A program made the position numbers and the translations under genes. Below, in pieces: positions 61,025 through 64,000 of a stretch of 64,000 bases of DNA. How positions within the stretch are numbered: position 1 is the stretch's first letter; each line of letters starts with the position of its first letter. Source of the stretch: Felis catus (taxonomy: Eukaryota); contig NC_058368.1 in the NCBI RefSeq assembly GCF_018350175.1, forward strand, positions 105,092,001 to 105,156,000. The letters are read 5' to 3'. The notes under the pieces were generated by a model that was given only the letters and a program-made list of their open reading frames with translations, was not told the origin of the DNA and did not search any database.

Positions 61025-61547
61025 TGTGGTCTGAGGTTTCTTCGTTTCCACTTCCAGATCTACTCTCCACCCTCCCCCCACTCTGCTCTTTTCTGGGGAA
61101 GCTGGTCTCTTTGAACTTGTCATTCAGGAGCTCTTGCCCTCTGGTTTTATGGTAGACTCAGCCCAACGGAGACAGAGAAGAGCACAGGGTGAGAGAAGGG
61201 GAGGTCAGGCTATTTATTCCACTGGTCCATCTACTATTATGACTAAGCACAGGTTGGCTGTGGTTCTATTTCTCTACCCAGGCTGTCAGCTCATAGACAT
61301 GGCCCCCTGCTCAAGCTCTCTTTCTAGCTTCTCTAATAATATGCTGCCATTATCTCTTCAGGCTCTTGACTCCCTTCAGGTCAAGATGAGGCAAAGGTAA
61401 TCTTTGGCACTTCTTGGGAGTGTCTCACCATCCTTTCTTCATGCCCTTAACTGTGCCCACATGTTTGTAAATAGTCCCTTCATTAAACTCCCCTTAATCG
61501 CTCCTTTGGAATGACTTTCTGTTTCCTGCTGAGATGTGCCCAACACA
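61025..61547 (+). mobile_element. ERVL solo LTR (LTR33-like)
   Basis: ccagatctactctccaccctccccc...cttgccctctggtttt...gaggtcaggctatttattcc...cccttaactgtgcccacatgtttgtaaatagtcccttcattaaactc...ctgtttcctgctg. Confidence 0.8.
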
Positions 61548-61660
61548 TTTTTCATTTAAAAATGAAAAACTGAGGCCCCAAGAAGTAAAGCCCAGATGTC
61601 ACACAGCTCAGGTCACGTGGTCAGGTCCAGAATATGGCCTTCCAGATTACAAACAGTGTT
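61548..61660 (-). mobile_element. MIR fragment
   Basis: aatgaaaaactgaggccccaagaagtaaag...gtcacacagct. Confidence 0.6.
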
Positions 61661-63313
61661 GTCCTTAGTCAGTGCTCATCTGTCATCCTCCCGATGGCTA
61701 TTTTCTTCCCAGTCATACTGATAGGCACTTTCTGGAACCATCTTTTCACTGGACTTTGGCAATAACTGTAGTTTGTCCAAGTTTTAAATAAAAAAACCTC
61801 GTATTAGACTATTTCAGCAACTCGAAAACAGAGGAATACTGTTTCCATTAGAATGGATTGGAATCAGGAAAAACTGAGTTTTTTAAATTGCTGCTTAAGT
61901 AGAAATTGGCAAATGAGACTAAGAAACTATTGCAAAAGCTAAGCACAAAAGGACACAAGGATGATGAAATTTCCACTGTAAAATGAATGCTGATCACCGA
62001 AGATGGGGTTGGGATGACATAAACTGTCCAGAGTAAGGGGCTGAGGTGGGAGCCTACGGAAAAAGTTTCATCAGCATGAGAGATACGAGCAGGTTGTAGA
62101 AGGGTAAAGAAGTTTAGAGCCTCCAGTGCCTGTTAAGCAGGGGGGAAAGCAGTAGTAAATAGAAGAGACGTTGAGCGGAAGCTTGACCACTGAGAAATGT
62201 GTTGAAAGCATGTTTTATCGGGCATGAAGTTACTGCGTCACTGAGGAGAGGCCGCTGTTGGAACCCTGGACATTACAACTTTTAGACTGCTGGAAATATT
62301 TAATCGTCTTAACTGGACCCATGTCAAAAAGCTCTTCTGAGAAAGTGCTATTTGCTATAATCACACCTTTAATCAGCCATGTTACTTTTAAATAAACACA
62401 CATGCACATATTTAACCTATTAACTTTGTTCTCGCCGCATACTTGAATTTCCCACTGTTATCATTCCATCATTTACTCTTACTTAAGTGTCTCTCTGAGG
62501 ACATTCTCTTTATTAGGGTTTAAAAATAAGCTAGAAAGTTTTAATAGCACATGATTCTCTTTAAAGGAGTTGGGGCAGTGGAATGACCAATAATCACTTT
62601 AAGTGAGCGTTTCATCTGTCTAAGCTACCTGCTTTACCATATTTAGTCTGCACAAAAACCATCACCCAATTCCATGGCCATCTCCTTGCATTCTGCTACC
62701 CTAGCTTGTACCTGGCCTTTGGCAAACAGAATTTCCCCAGTGCTCTGATCCCTGTCAGCGTCCCAGACCAGATACATGGAGAATATTCCCCAAAGAAGCC
62801 ACTGTTAGCAGAGAGGGCTGCCCCTCTGGTGTAACCACCAACTTTGCCTGCTGCGGCTTCATCAATGACTACTTACTGGGCTCCTACTAAATGCTCCGTG
62901 CTGTTTAGTCTGGTTTCTGCAGGCATGGGCCTTTCTACATATTGCACATGGATTCAGAGGCCGGGGAAGGATTTGGGTCAGAGACCTTGAACCAGTCCTG
63001 AGGAGGGGAAGGAGTGTGTATGGCTGAGGAAGAAGAGGGAGGTCATCCGAAGATAAAGAAATACTGACGTACTTAAAAGTAAGGAAGGGGATGATGAAAA
63101 GATACTGAGATGGCTTAGTGACATCGAGAAGTTTTAAAGTAGAAAAAAAAGAATAGATTTTCCTCTAGATCCTCAAGTGAGGAAACTCTACAACTAAACA
63201 AGAATTGACTGTTATAATTTTGTATAAGATTTGTCAATTAGAAGACTGTTAACTTGAACACACATGCATAATGCTCTAGTGTCTTTACTGTAATCACAGT
63301 TTAGTGGATTTTT

Positions 63314-63545
63314 AAATTTATGTTTTATTTAAAAATTTTTTTAAAGTTTACTCATTTTTCAGAGACAGAGAGACAGAGCATGGGCAGGGGAGGGGCCAAG
63401 AGAGAGGGAGACACAGAATCTGAAGCAGGCTCCAGGCTCAGGGCTGTCAGCACAGAGCCTGACGTGGGGCTCAAACTCAGGGACCGTGAGATCATGACCT
63501 GAGCTGAAGTCAGACGCTTAACCGACTGAGCCACCCAGGTGCCCC
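63314..63545 (-). mobile_element. Felid SINE (SINEC_Fc family)
   Basis: Complete body; TSD cacagtttagtggattttt (63295-63313) / caaagtttactggattttt (63546-63564), 17/19 match. Confidence 0.96.
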
Positions 63546-64000
63546 CAAAGTTTACTGGATTTTTAATCTGTCCCATTCTTTTAGTTTAATCATCTTGGTT
63601 ATCTTAGTTCCATGTACTGAAATGACTGGTTTGATATTTAGGTAGACATTCTTAAGGCAAAAAGCTGAAGTTAAAAACTGGAACTCCCATTGAATTGCTG
63701 GAATTCACCACTTGAAAATCCACAGACAGGTTCAAAACCCAAACACCTGTATAAATCATACATGTGACAGCATTTAACAGACTTTTGACTTGTATAATTC
63801 ACTCATCAATTACTTTAACCACCAAGACAGATTGCGTTCATAATAAACACAAATGGCTTTAGATGGGGTGTGCCCAGAAGTGCCTGAAGAATAAACTTAA
63901 TGGTAGAAATCTCATCTGCTGGTCTTCTGCCCTTGTATCCTGCAAAACTAGGATAAGGACTAATGACACCTAACTTCTTTAGGGTCCTTGAAATGACACA

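Noticed and set aside
62819..62832. CTCF-like motif tgcccctctggtgt
   Set aside because: Mismatches at core positions; not distinguishable from background.
1..64000. A previously undescribed biological system
   Set aside because: The sequence is accounted for by ordinary mammalian and carnivore repeats plus unique non-coding DNA. Only unconfirmed exon and regulatory candidates remain, which do not support such a claim.

Overview
This is AT-rich mammalian genomic DNA from a felid (cat family), identified by about 20 tRNA-Lys-derived carnivore SINEs, including two copies of the youngest SINEC_Fc type. The window looks like a large intron or an intergenic interval. I recognise no intact protein-coding gene, RNA gene or CpG island. 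The ORF track is explained by repeats, microsatellites or chance, apart from decayed L1 ORF1/ORF2 pieces at 46.9-52 kb. The main contents are: a full-length but dead ~7.2 kb carnivore-type L1 (45089-52320, +) nested in an older L1ME; a 797 bp solo LTR with TG...CA ends and a perfect 6 bp TSD (24283-25079, -), probably class II/ERVK-like; an ERV1-type LTR split by an L1 fragment; several MaLR (MLT1) and ERVL (LTR16/LTR33-like) LTRs; many L2/MIR relics; and microsatellites. The most interesting non-repeat signals are a perfect RFX X-box inside a segment with strong splice signals (31314-31492) and a well-formed 52 nt candidate exon (36344-36395). Together they may belong to an unrecognised + strand transcript. 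Repeat subfamily names come from remembered consensus features and need RepeatMasker/Dfam confirmation. Boundaries of old repeats are approximate. I found no evidence for a new biological system.
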